Origin: Tubiluchus corallicola
Lineage: Eukaryota > Animalia > Priapulida
DNA length: 64,000 nucleotides
Reading direction: 5' to 3'
Assembly: GCA_030141605.1 (NCBI GenBank)
Contig: JAQGDQ010000151.1
Coordinates: forward strand, 62,001-126,000
Positions 12,119 to 25,000 of the stretch are shown here, one piece after another. Made by a program: the position numbers and the translations under genes. Position 1 is the stretch's first letter. Each line of letters starts with the position of its first letter. The notes beneath the pieces were generated by a model that saw only the letters and a list, made by a program, of their open reading frames with translations, searched no databases and was not told the DNA's origin.

Positions 12119-13656
12119 TCAACTGCTGTAATGCTTCCTCAGTAAGTGCTCTGAAGATGTCATAAGAAATTTCGGTCCTGTTAGCCATTGGGTAGCAGCA
12201 CATCGTCTTGAAGCATAATCGGCTGGGTTTTTACTACTGCTGACATGATGCCATTGCTTGGTATCAGATATCTCATGAATAACTCTGACACGATTAGCCA
12301 CAAATACCTTGAATCTTCTATTTTTATTCAATATGCATTTTAGCACAATTATGCTGTCCGTCCAGTACAGTGTTTCATTGACAACCAGTCTAAGTTCTTC
12401 CTTTAAGGTTTTACTCAATTGAACTGCTGCCACGGCAGCACATAATTCTAGGCGTGGAATTGTCTGTCCTCTCATGGGAGCCAGTCTGGATTTTGCCATT
12501 ATCATGCATCTGTAAATCTCTCCATCTGCATTCAGCATCCTCAAGTATGCCACTGCACCATAAGCAAACTCACTGGCATCACAAAAATATGCAACTGATG
12601 GCATGTTGGATCACCAAAGTCGGGGGGAACAAAGCACCTAGGGACTCCAAACATATTCAGCAATGGAAGTTCTTCTAGCCACTTGCTCCAATCAGCAAAG
12701 ATTTCCTCTTTTAACGGATCATCCCAATTCTTATCGAGCTTACACTCTTCTTGAAACATCCGTTTGGCGACTAAGATCACTGGACAAACCAATCCGAATG
12801 GGTCGTATACTGAATTTAGGGCACTCAACAGACCTCTCTTTGTAGAAGCTCTCTTGCAATCATTAACCTTGATACGTAGTTGGTCCGTCTCAATATTCTA
12901 CTGAAGGCCAAGTGCTCTCTCAACAGGCAACCCTCCTTCAAAAGGATCAAAATTTTTCATGGTTCCTGCACGATCTTCTTCAGTGATGGATTCAATGACT
13001 ATCTTGCTATTGCTAATCCACTTGGTTATTCTAAAACCACCTCTCATCAACAGTACACTAAGACTAGCCACAAAGTCAACAGCTTTTGAGATCAACTTAA
13101 ATGAGCGGAGACAGTCATCCACATAAAAATCTCGCACAGCAGAATCAACAACATCAGCTGGAAAGAAGTTTGTGTTATCAGTAGCAGTTTTCTGAAGAGC
13201 GTAAGTCACAGCAGCGGGACTCCAACATCCGCCAAACAAGTGCCGTGTCATTCTAAAAGGCATTGGATCCTCCTCAAGGTTGCCTTGTGGGAACCATAAA
13301 AACCTGAGAGAATCTCCGTGATCAGGTGACACTAGCAGTTGATTGAACATCCTTTCAATATCACACATGACTGTAACCCGATTTTCTCGGAAGCGTATCA
13401 AAACTCCCAGCACCTTGCTCGTCAGATTTGGACCGGGTAAAACGTTCATGTTTAAAGAGAAACCTTCAACCACCATGCCACAGTCAAAGACAATCCTCAA
13501 CTTTGGCTTGTTGGGGTTAAGAATGCCGTGATGGGGTAAATACCAAGTGTACCCTTTTACACCATCCCAGCTATCGACAGGTTCAGCATAGCCATGCATC
13601 AATAAGTCTTCCATACCTTTCATATATTGCTCATGAAGAGAAGGATTCTTCTTCAA
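12119..13656 (-). pseudogene. pol: BEL RT and RNase H (Pao peptidase A17) region
   Basis: YLPHH, KLRIVFD, DIERMFNQ, FYVDD, YDPFG, FCDASEFAYG, IPRLEL, WTDS, NPAD; split by frameshifts. Confidence 0.92.
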
Positions 13657-13699
13657 ACAGACTTTGAGAAACTGAAGCCGCTTTTGTGCTCAGATGCGA

Positions 13700-16014
13700 T
13701 CATGTTAAGCACTGCATTTTCTTGTTCAGCACTGCCAACACTACCATGAACGTCCATCCTAACGGTGTTCTTATAGCATATGGCTGCCAAAACCTGCCTC
13801 GTTTCACTTGCAAAGGTACATATGCTTGTGCACAATCTTGACCTATAATGAGTTCAACATCTTCACCCGGTCTCACACGAGCAAATGGAAGGCCTTGCAA
13901 ATGTTTCCAGCTAGTCAACTCAGAACTTGTGATAAAATTATCTCTTAAAGAAGGAAACTGTTCTAGAGCATAGACTGTATCCAGATTAATCAGTTGCTTA
14001 TTTTTTCCTCCAGTTGATTGAACCTGCAAGGTTACCTTTGTGATATCTGACAAGATTCTCCTGACAAGGTTGATACAAGTAAACTTCCTTTCTGACCGGT
14101 CAAATCTAATTTCTTTACGAGATCCATGGAATCAAAGGTCCGTGTACTCCCAGGATCGAGAAGTGCACAAGAATTAACTGTCTTTGTTGAGTTAGGTACA
14201 CCAACAATTACCGAGACAACTGGTTGAGCAGTCTTATGTTTCTTATTCTCAGTACGACAGGTATAGTTGTCAGCCTTGGCAGCGTCGTCATTGGTTGCCT
14301 TGCTTTGAGTACAACATTCAGTCGTGTCTGTTCGTTGCACATTTTGAGAGTCCTTTGAAATGACATTCTCTGAAGATGCTGTCATGCTCTGACAATAGCT
14401 GCTGAAAGCATCATGTAGCAGGGATGAATGTTTACGCCCACATGCTCCCATGTTACATCGTTTGTTCCTAGAACAAGTTTGGCTAAAATGCCTTCCCTTG
14501 AAGCAATTGAAACAAAGTTTCCGTTCCTTTATAAAACTGAGTCTATCAGGCAGCATTCTTGTCATCTTTCCTCAATGTCACAGCGAAGCTTGTTGATTGA
14601 TCCTTGTTAGACTTTACTTTGCCCCTGTTCAGTGTGCGTTTTAGTGAATTTGTCCCAAAAACTGGATCAGTGGCCTTTCTGGCGGCTCTGTCTAGAAAGG
14701 CAGATAAAACACTAATTCCTGGGTATCTGTCAGATTTCTCCAACTCATCAGCTACTTTAGACCTCCAACGCCTTTGCAGGAATTTTGGCAATCTATTCAT
14801 AATCTTAACCATTATTCTTCTTGACTTAACCTCAGAAACTCTACCCATTTCTTCCAAACTAATTTTGCAACTACGTAAGTCATCTGCCAAATGTTGCAAC
14901 TTCTTGCCATCTCCAGGGTCGACGGGTGGTCCTTGAATAAGCCTGTCTATCCAAGCTTGGGATATCTTGTGAGAATTACCAAAACGCTCCTGCAGAAGTT
15001 TCTTTGCACAGCGATAGCCTTCACTAGGGTCCATAACAGTACAGCATCTGATCGGTTCTAACGCATCACCTTCACAGTACTGAAACAACCGGTTCAGTTT
15101 AGCACAGTCACTTGCTGTTGTGCAATCAATGAAATGGTCAAACGTTCTACAAAATTCCCAGTACTCAAGTGGATTTCCTTTAAATTTATTGAGCTCAGCC
15201 TTCGGAAGTTGTAGCAGATCAATTATCTCTCTCATTTGAGATATTTGTCCGAACCGTTCAGTCCTTTGCAGGTCATATACTGGCAGATTGTCAGCAATAT
15301 CTGGACTAGGACCTCTTTGTGCCGAATATGGAGTCTCACGAGTACATTGATGCTCATTGACCCAATCTCTAGTACAATTTATTTGTGCAACAGGGAACGC
15401 ATCATCTGACCCAAGCTCTTGATCACTTCGTTCAGCTTCAGCTATAGCCTTCTGTTCAGCTTCCACTTTAGCCATCTGTCCTTTTAATTCCAATTGTTTC
15501 CGTTTTTGTTTCAGTTCCAATTGTCCAACTGTCGTTGTTTTTCTAATATTCTGGCTTTGACTTCTAGAGAAGCTCTTCTTGCTATAACCTTGGCCTTTAT
15601 GTTACTAAGAGAGCTCTTGAACTTCATTATTCTTGAAGCTAAAGACTTTGAATTAACAGCTCCTGCTCCTTGTGTTTTCTTGGGCCGTACTCCAGTGTTT
15701 GTTTGCCCATCATCCACACTCAAGTAAGCCTTGACTGCATTTTTGACAGGATTGATGCTTGCATCTACATCCTTCAAGTACTCCTGGCAGGCAATCCTAT
15801 CATCATCATTTAAAAGACTATGCAAGGTTCGATGAATCTCATAAAATGTCTGATATAATTCATCAAGCTCCATAACCTGTGTAGAAATTGCTTGTGTGGA
15901 CTCCTCAGCACTTAACATCTCATTAATCTTTGTAATTTTCTTTGTGATTTGGCTTCGCACCCTGTCCCTCACTGTCTTGTGCTTCTTGCATTGCTCGTCT
16001 ACAGTGACATCCAT
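13700..16014 (-). pseudogene. gag: BEL gag (DUF1759-like, CCHC knuckles) and protease
   Basis: Coiled coil, KFKGNPLEYWEF, LQERFG, CFNCFKGRHFSQTC...CGRKHSSLLH, ALLDPGS, ELIIGQD, TPLGW. Confidence 0.9.
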
Positions 16015-16616
16015 TGTGCTAAGTCAAACTGCTCAATTCTCAAATTGAAATTTAAAAAATTAGCAATATTCAAAGCAAAATGCAATGCAGGATTAATGGT
16101 AAATCAAATGTAGGATAAACATAAGTTGATTAAATGATGCAACTCTCATTAATTAGTCAAATAACTAATGACACTTACAAAGTTTCAGTCAAATTTCAAT
16201 CAACAATTAAGAGGCAGGTATAGTAGTACTTCAAGAGCCTCATGCTACTGTACCTCAAAAAATAGCAAAATAAACTGTGCCATTAAGCAAACTTTTACTA
16301 CAAAACAAATCAAAATAAGCTTTATTAATTATAAGCCATACTAATTAGCCTAAAAGTCATCATATTTAAGACATTAATGCATCATAAACTTGCTACAACC
16401 TCTTAAAATGTTTTTCTGCAGTTCAAAGTAGGTTACCCACAGTAACTTTCCAGGTGACCTTGTTTCTCAGTACAGCAAGTCTTGTCCAGGCAGCGTCAGA
16501 AAGAAGCAATACCAGCAGAGCAATCTTATATGATCCTATAATCCCAGGTAAATCTTCAAGGTAGAACTTCAGTCTAGCCGCAAGAAATGTCTAGAACCAT
16601 GTTATGCAATAAATGT

Positions 16617-16869
16617 TGTAGCTGACTGAATGTCCCAAAACAAAACTTCAAATTCCGCCTTGACTTGCTAACGGTTATTTATTCTGAGAAAATAAAATAA
16701 AGGCATTTTGCAAATTCAGGTGATGATAACAGTCTACTGTCCTACTCACTTCTGCATGAAACCAGATTGAATCACCCGAGTATATAACTACAGCCTAACA
16801 AATTTAAAGCAAGAAATTCATTCAAGGCCTAAAAGGTGGCAGCACATGACAGTATCATTATCCCCAACA
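16617..16869 (-). repeat. 5' LTR of the BEL element
   Basis: TG...CA bounded; homologous to 10676-11186; followed by TSD ATCTT. Confidence 0.88.
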
Positions 16870-16874
16870 ATCTT

Positions 16875-17170
16875 GAATGTATCCTCACTGTCGGTTTCTG
16901 GCATACCAATAATTTCAAGGCAGTCATTTCTCTGGTACCTTTCTAACTTGTTGATTTTTTCTTCTAAGGTTGTGTTCAACTGCTGCAACTTATTGAATCT
17001 GTCTTCCAAATCATCAAGAACCGGTAGTTTGGCATTTACTGTTTCAACTCGATTTAGGCTCTTCTCATGATCGTTCAGCAATTTTGTATTGATATTAACA
17101 GAAGTCTGAACTGGCTGAACCACTGAGTTGATCTTAAGTTGTTCATTCTTTATCTCTCTTATATCGTTCA
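16875..17170 (-). pseudogene. N-terminal half of the LINE ORF1-like sequence
   Basis: Coiled coil followed by LERYQRNDCLEIIGMPE..EDTF, the typical start of the ORF1 RRM. Confidence 0.8.
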
Positions 17171-17519
17171 TTATCATATAATGAAGTAAGCGCAGTAAGT
17201 ACGAACGTATAATTAGTATCAAAAGCGTAAACACTCATAAGTAACAGCCATAGTACATGTAAAACACGACTTCAATGAGCTATCACATACTGCGCAAGGT
17301 GTAGTATCGCACGTGGTGAGGCACAGTCCGCGCGACACGTCTGCACGCTCTGCTGGCTCAAACCTCCTACTTTATAGCCAAACATACATTATATGACGTA
17401 AACTCAATCAGGGGTTCAACATTTATAATATTGTTATAGAAAATAATGTTACTCTAGAAGATGCATTTAGATATCATCATGTATTATCTCGTAAAATTGT
17501 AAAATGGTAACTTGCAGAA

Positions 17520-18130
17520 ATCTTATTTGAGAAATTTCCCCAATGGGTTTAGTTGTTCTTAGTGAGAAAGATCATGTACCTCGTTTGCATTGGAAACTGG
17601 GTGCTGTTCATAAAATGCATAGTGGAATTGACGCCTAGTTCTTAGTGACAAAGATCATGTACCTCGTTTGCATTGGAAACTGGGTGCTGTTCATAAAATG
17701 CATAGTGGAATTGACGCCTAGTTCGATCTGTTACCCTTCGTTTACCTAATGGTACCATGATAGATTGTCCTTCATAATTTCGAAATTAGTGACTCCAATT
17801 AAGCTGAATTGCCTTTAACTCATTTAGATAATCTTCAAGAAATGGTTAGTGATGATGAATTAAGTATGCCTGTTAAGCAGGATATGTATGTTAATTGCAT
17901 GAAAGTTGAGCAACCTCCAACTCGTTCAGATGTTGAGCAGAAACAATCTAGATTTAGTAGGATTTTCAAAAGGCCTACAAAATTGAACTTGCTATAGTTT
18001 GTTTGTTAGTTTAGTTACTGTTTACTATTTGTCATCCTAGTTGCTGTTTGGTTGCTTGTTTTGTTTACGTACACCAGTTTGATTTATAAGGTTTTGTACT
18101 GTAGATCACTCCTAGGTGGGGAGTGTGTCA
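17520..18130 (+). mobile_element. 3' fragment of a second BEL element, containing an 83-bp tandem duplication
   Basis: KDHVPRLHWKLG...SGIDALVRSVTLRLPNG (BEL integrase C-terminal domain); duplication 17555-17637/17638-17720; ends in PPT-like GGTGGGGAG followed by TG. Confidence 0.7.
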
Positions 18131-18361
18131 AACGCTTTTGAAAGGTCACAAAATACTCCAACAGTAATGGTAATTGCTAAATGAAGTTTATCTCGCATGT
18201 CTCACAGTTTCGTCAGTATTTTCTTCATCCATCGCTGCAAAGCCAGAACAACGAATTGAATTTCTTCTTGAATATTGCTCAATGTCGTTCAACTTATAAT
18301 CGCTAGATGTGGCACACGATGCTAATTAGCTAATTTTGCAAATAACAAGCTAGGAAGCCCA

Positions 18362-18656
18362 TCAGGGGTATGGCTTGTTATATGTTTTAGATTTTTTCAA
18401 CAAGCTTTTTACTGATGATGACGTAAACACAACATTACTTAAACAAGTGTCTCTACTGACCCGAGGTTCAAAAGCTGGCTCCAAGTTATAATCTAATGTG
18501 TAGTTTTGTGAGAAAACAGTCGACAGAATTTCAGCCTTACTGCTGTCATCTATTATAAAACTGCCGTTATGGTTCAAAGGAGCTACTCCCGATTTATAGT
18601 TTCTTTTTCTGTTAACATATTTAAAAAGAGAACTACTAATGCTGGAGTTCAAAATA
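18362..18656 (-). mobile_element. LINE ORF2 fragment (endonuclease-RT linker)
   Basis: LFKYVNRK...VAPL...DSSKAEILSTVFS pattern typical of CR1-group ORF2. Confidence 0.7.
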
Positions 18657-18664
18657 TAGTTTTG

Positions 18665-20158
18665 AATTTTTACGTTCTCGTGCTGATCTAAAAATAGCGT
18701 TGGATACTGTGACGACCACTGGCACCTTTTTTTGACTCTCTATGGTGTAATATATAAAAGAATAAATATTTTTGTCAGGAATGCGAAATAGGGGTTGTCT
18801 TTTACTTTATCCGAGCACGCCAGAGTTCATCACATGTGGATAAAAACAATAAAAGAAAGATTATAAAACATTCTCCATACTAATTTTTAAGACAAGGGGT
18901 TTTCATCCAGACTTTTTTTAACGAGGGTGCTAGTAGTTTGACTAAAACCGATGCTATTTTAGGCCATTATCATTTGTGCTTAGAAATGACGAGGACGAAC
19001 AGAAGGACAAACAAACGTTAATGCTTTTTTTTAAAGAAACGTGCAAAAATTATTTATTAGTAATTTCAAAAATATTTCTATAAATTACATACATATAATG
19101 AAAGAATTCAGTTAACCCCATCCCAGGTATAATAGGAAGAGAGGAGAGGATAATTACCAAAGAGTTCCATGGTCACTGCAGCTGTACCAATGGGCTATCA
19201 TCAGGTCGTGATACCGTGGGTCCAGTTATCCAGGATCACACCTCAAAAACCAAGAAACCACACCAGAACAGATTGCTGGGGGCGCGCATTGCAGACTCCA
19301 CCACCAGAGGGTTAGCCAGAAACAAGGATCCAGTGTCTCGAAAGCTTCTCCGTTTACTCCTGTATTCTAGGAGTCAGCAAGAGGCGGAGGAAAAGAGGAA
19401 AGTTCCTCGTTCTCAGTCTTCAGCTAGGCAACCCCCTTTAGGCAGTTCCAAACTCCACCCAACAACCGTCATGATCTACCTGTCCAGATTACGTACACGA
19501 CGAAGTTTCCTGGATACTAGTAACACTGCCAAGGAACCGTCTGGTTTCCTCTCAGAGAAATTTGATTACGATGAGAACACCAAAACTAACAAACTCATTA
19601 TGAGATCTCAAAAGTTATGAGATCTCAAACTTGCTACAACAAAACGTGTAGCTTCAAACGCAGCTCAAACCCGTAATCGCGGCAATAAGGAAAAATCACG
19701 GTTCAATGCTTTTCCAGGAGCGCGAAAATTATCCTGTAACCGTTCAAGACATGTGGGAAAAGTGGGAGGTATTAAAGGATGGGCAGAAATCCAACCCAAA
19801 CATAAAACAGTAGTGAATATTTTATTTGGAGTACGAAATGAACTTCAGCATAATTTTAATACGGACGAAGACGTCTGTGACGTCACAGATACCGCTTTAG
19901 CACATTTCTCGTACAAAATTTTTCCCTTTGGAGTTTTCTAACATAAAATGGGTAATATTTTTTCTCACTAATTGTTTGTCATGGAACATAATTTTCAATA
20001 CCAACGTGTAAAATTCTCGCAAATTCACCTCAAAAAATATTTACTGAGGCATGTGAATCGAAAGCACTACGTGTAAAATTCTCGCAAATTCACCTCAAAA
20101 ACTATTTACTGAGGCATGTGAATCGCTATTTTTAGATCAGCACGAGAACGTGAAAATT
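18665..20158. mobile_element. Non-autonomous TIR DNA element, about 1.5 kb, 35-bp TIRs, probable 8-bp TSD
   Basis: AATTTTTACGTTCTCGTGCTGATCTAAAAATAGCG (18665-18699) versus its reverse complement at 20124-20158 (1 mismatch). Flanks TAGTTTTG and TAATTTTG. Confidence 0.8.
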
Positions 20159-21683
20159 TAATTTTGAAAGCCAGTTTTATTTGAAATAAAAATGTATTAT
20201 TAACTCGGGTTGTTTCAGTGAATGAATGGCTAAAACGAGGCTCTTGAATGCAATGCGTACTTCAAGAGAATTACGTTCTTACTTGAATTATGTTTTATTA
20301 TACATGTTTTTCGTTATTGTAGTTATGATAACAGTAGTCATCTTAATTTTATGGTGGTACATGCTTGTATGCTGCAATGATCTTGTATGATTAGTATAAT
20401 TATTCGTTATATCATCTAGTTTATGACAATTGTTTTGTTTAGGAATTAAAGCATGACTAATATGAATAGTGGTTGTATTATATATATATTACTATACTAT
20501 TTTCACTACAGCAAATTATATGTTTTTCATATGCATTACCTGATGACATTGCCTTGGTGTTAGGATGATGTGGACACTTTCTTAAAATGCTTAAATTCTA
20601 TGAAAATAGGTTATAGAATTTAATATTTTATTTAATCCTAACAAAACATTTCTTTGTTTTAGCAAAAGCTTTACTGCTAAGGGCATAATATGTTTTGCAG
20701 TAAACAGCTAATCAGGAACGTGTTTTTGTCGTGCAATGTCTGCGAATTAGTTAATGGATAGTCAAAAATTTTATTTTGTGAAAAAATTGCAAAGTCTGTT
20801 CATTGAGAATTACAGAGCAATGCTACTATGAAAATAACAGTCAAGCAAATTTAAGTTTGAAATATGGTTGTACTGTGTAGATCCAAACGAAAATGTGGAG
20901 TTAAAAGGTAAAAAACTCATTTAAAGATTATGTTTTAAAATAACTGTTATAGATTCTTGCAACGTCATAGATGGTAATATAATTATAGACATACTGAAAT
21001 GAGTGGATATTTGAAATTAGAATATATCTGTAGATCTATTACTTTACTAACTTCCCATTATCTGTTTTACTAAAATCTTATTGTCTTTGTAAGCTGTATA
21101 CTTTATGTAAAACAAATTTATAATAATGATGATAAAAATAGTCATAATTCAAAATCACTTCAACATCAATTATATACAAGAACATGTCATATACATCTAA
21201 GTTTATTCATAACACATTATAGAATAACTATTTTTGTAATAATGCTAAGCTAGGTTTCTACACTAGTAAGCCTACACTGGTAATATAATTATTTAGGTGT
21301 TATTTACTTACAGACATGTTACAATTACTGATGTTACCTATAAACCTGTCAGAAGATTACAGCTTGACTAACTTTAGTAATTTACAAAAAAAATGTTGTA
21401 TATACCATAACCTGGGTGTGTTTCAATGGGTGTTCCGAATAACGTGCAATCCAGGGGGTTGAAACACACCCGGATTGAACTTCGAAATACACCCTTTCCG
21501 TTTCCTCTACAGAAAATCTCTCCTTGTGAAACTTTCATTATGCATTACTTATATATATAATGTTTAAACTAGATTTATTCTGTAATTGTTATTTGTTACT
21601 GTAATTTGTGAAGATTAATTATGAAGTGTTCGGTACATAGAAGTCTTCTGTAGCTTAATTTTATATTTAATAACTAAAAAGCC

Positions 21684-22002
21684 ATGTAATTCGCTATTGT
21701 TACCGGATCCTTAACTATGTAACTGCCTAAATGCAAGTGATGTTATAGAAGTGTAAGCAGGGCTTTTATTTTGTATCAGAAAGCGATAGATTTGCGTTCA
21801 TTATTCTTGGAAAGTATGGAAGAAAAGACAGCAACCAATAAATACTAGTACTGTATAAACCCTACACCGTTTCATACCTGAAGAAATTCCATTTAGAACA
21901 TTCAGTGAACAAATTTAGCTTATCCTCAAATACGTAAGCTCTGGAAAGTGTATAAAATTACTGATTAAATGATCTTTATCTATGTTGTGTTAGATAATGT
22001 TC
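21684..22002. repeat. 319-bp direct repeat, left copy
   Basis: Identical by eye to 29767-30085. Confidence 0.93.
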
Positions 22003-25000
22003 ATGAAAACCAATGTAAAATTGGTCCTTGAAATGCGATAACGAAAGTCGTTATGCTTGGTGTGAGCATATGTCTATAGGCTGTATTGAAGTTTATCGCA
22101 CAGCAGCGGCCGACCAACTAGTGGCACATGGCAATTGTTAGTATATGCAGATTGTACTAGAGAGAAGAAGAATTATATAAGATTGTGAAAAAAGATGAAT
22201 AGTAAGGTAGGTCAGTGAGAACAGGACAGCATTAAAAAAATAGTTTGGATAAAGAGGGTCATGGGAGCAGGTTCACATATCATAGCTTTAGTTTTTTGAG
22301 AGGTGATTTTATTTCATTTTTGTAAGAGTGTAATTAGTAATTATAAATGGTTGTGTTAATGGAGAAGATTTTTTATATATACTTATATTTATAATATTTT
22401 GTAAGTTATGAAGGAGTCAGGATACAAAAACACGAATACAAATACAGGTTTTTGGAGTCATCAGGAGGAGACTTGAGAGACGAATTTCGGCTGCTAACTC
22501 CTCAATTCTTAATCTCTACAAGCGCAGCCAATCGTGGTCCGCTAAGCAGTGCTCTGCGAAACTTCACGATTCTCCTCTTTACATAGAAATCAACAAATAT
22601 ATACACACGAACATATAACACAAGGATTTTTTAAACAATTTTTTGTTAAGTTTATAAGTAGTTGTGTTGTTTTTAAGTTGAGTGTTATTTAGATTAAATT
22701 TATTTAGATGCTTAAATTTACATATTGTAAAAAGGGGAGCTTATATTTAGTAAAAATTTTTAAAAAATTTTTTTAGTTGTTTAAATTTAAACTGATGTAA
22801 ATAGGAGGGTTCTTATTCAGTAAATTTTTAATTCTTGAAATCCCAAGTGCAGACAACTAAGTGTTGCTAAAACTAGTTCTGCAACACCTAGTTCTCCTGT
22901 TTTATGTAATTACAAATAAGTATATACTAACATATAACATAAGGGTTTCTTAAAAGAATTTATTATGTTTGAAAGCAGTTATGCTGTTTTAGGTTGAATG
23001 TTATTCAGATTAATTTAGTTAGATGTTTAAACCTAATTATTGTGAATAGGAGGGTTTTATTTAGTAGATTTTCAGAATTTTTTAGTTTTTTAGAGTTATT
23101 TTTAGAAAACCATGGTTTTTCGTTACTTTAATAGATATAACTAATTATAATTATTGATTTTATATTGATTTATATAAGGTTTTTGACTGGATTTTCTGAT
23201 GAATCGAGAAGCAATTATAATTTAAATGTAACTCAGAGGGCAGTGGAAAGATGCTAGAGTAGATTATAATTTGTTTTAGAGCAGAAATTTGTTAATTATA
23301 TAGTGGAGTTGTTCTAAGACATTTCGAACAAAATATTTTTTACTAAAATTACAATTTAACTGTAATATTTGTAATACAGGGGTTAGCTGAAAATATAATC
23401 ATATACATGCACCAGATTTTCAAGACTGTCAGTATCCGCCATTTTTATGTTAAAGATCTTTTAATTATAGAGTAGAGTTTGTTCTAAGTATTTTCACAGA
23501 AATTTTTACCAAAATCACAAATAGCTGTAATATATAGTTGAAGGTTTGTATTGAGTATATTTAAAAACAGTACGGGAGGTTAGTTATAATTAAAATTACT
23601 TACAAGTATTGGATCTTCAGACAGTGTCACAGTCGCCATGTTTTCTTTGTTTGAAAATCCCTCCAGATCTAGGGGACCTGTTAGGGAGGTTTGAGTTTAA
23701 TCAAGTCTTTTAGGAGGCTTGTCAGGGGATCCGAGCTAAAAAGTGTTCATATATATTTGTATTTTATTACATTACTTTAATAACAATAACAACTTTAAAT
23801 TTAAAATGTCTATATACAGAATCTTTTTTATTTGATGTTGGTTGTTAATAATTATAAAGAATTTATGTTAATTTTAATAACTATTCTATATTTATACATT
23901 ATTAATAGGATTATTAGGATTATTGATATTTATGCATTATTAGTAAAGATTTATTCATAACTTATGAAAGAGAAGTCTCTTTTTATTATTTGATGTTGGT
24001 TATTAAAAATTATAAAATAATTTATGTTAATTTTTTAATTTTAATAAATATTTTATATTTCCATATTATTAATAAGAATATCAGGATTATTAATACTCAT
24101 ACATTATTAGTGAAAAAGGTTTTTCATGAGTTATCAGGGAAATTTTTTTTGAAATTTTTGATATTTTGAAAGCATAAAGATGGAATGAGTAGATGGCTGC
24201 AGTTTAGAGTATGTTAGTTGAAGAAAATAGAGTTAGTCGGCAGAGCAAAGACCATACTGAACATTGTATAGTCAGTACTCATACACCATGCAAGGATCAC
24301 ACTGAACAAAGTATAGATAACACTTGTCAACAATGCAAGGATCACACCGAACAATGTATAATCAACATTCATAAACAATGCAAGGATCACACTGAGCAAT
24401 GTATAGTCGACATTTATAATCTAGGCATAGATCACACTGACAATGTATAGTCAATACCTGTAACCAAGGTAAGGATCACATTGAACAATGTATAGTCAAC
24501 ACACGTCATCAATGCAAGGATCACACCGAACAATGCATAATCAACACTCATAAGCGATGCAAGGATCACACTGAACAATGCATAGTCGACACTCATAATC
24601 TCGGCAAGGATCACACTGAACAATGTATAGTCAATACCTATAAACAAGGTTAGGGTCACACCGAACAATGCATAATCAACACTCATAAGCGATGCAAGGA
24701 TCACACTGAACAATGCATAGTCGACACTCATAATCTCGGCAAGGATCACACTGAACAATGTATAGTCAATACCTATAAACAAGGTTAGGGTCACACCGAA
24801 CAATGCATAATCAACACTCATAAGCGATGCAAGGATCACACTGAACAATGCATAGTCGACACTCATAATCTCGGCAAGGATCACACTGAACAATGTATAG
24901 TCAATACCTATAAACAAGGTTAGGGTCACACCGAACAATGCATAATCAACACTCATAAGCGATGCAAGGATCACACTGAACAATGCATAGTCGACACTCA

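Larger units (their letters stand above)
10676..16869 (-). mobile_element. BEL/Pao LTR retrotransposon, degenerate, with 5-bp TSD ATCTT
   Basis: Termini TGTAG (10676) and CAACA (16869); ATCTT at 10671-10675 and 16870-16874; LTR homology between 10676-11186 and 16617-16824; BEL coding motifs inside. Confidence 0.93.

Noticed and set aside
20690-20910. Additional upstream exon of the REJ gene
   Set aside because: Plausible AG and GT sites exist, but the frames examined contain stops and no clear motif.
22003-24200. Mitochondrial insertion (NUMT), suggested by T/G skew
   Set aside because: No recognisable mitochondrial gene, rRNA or tRNA sequence.
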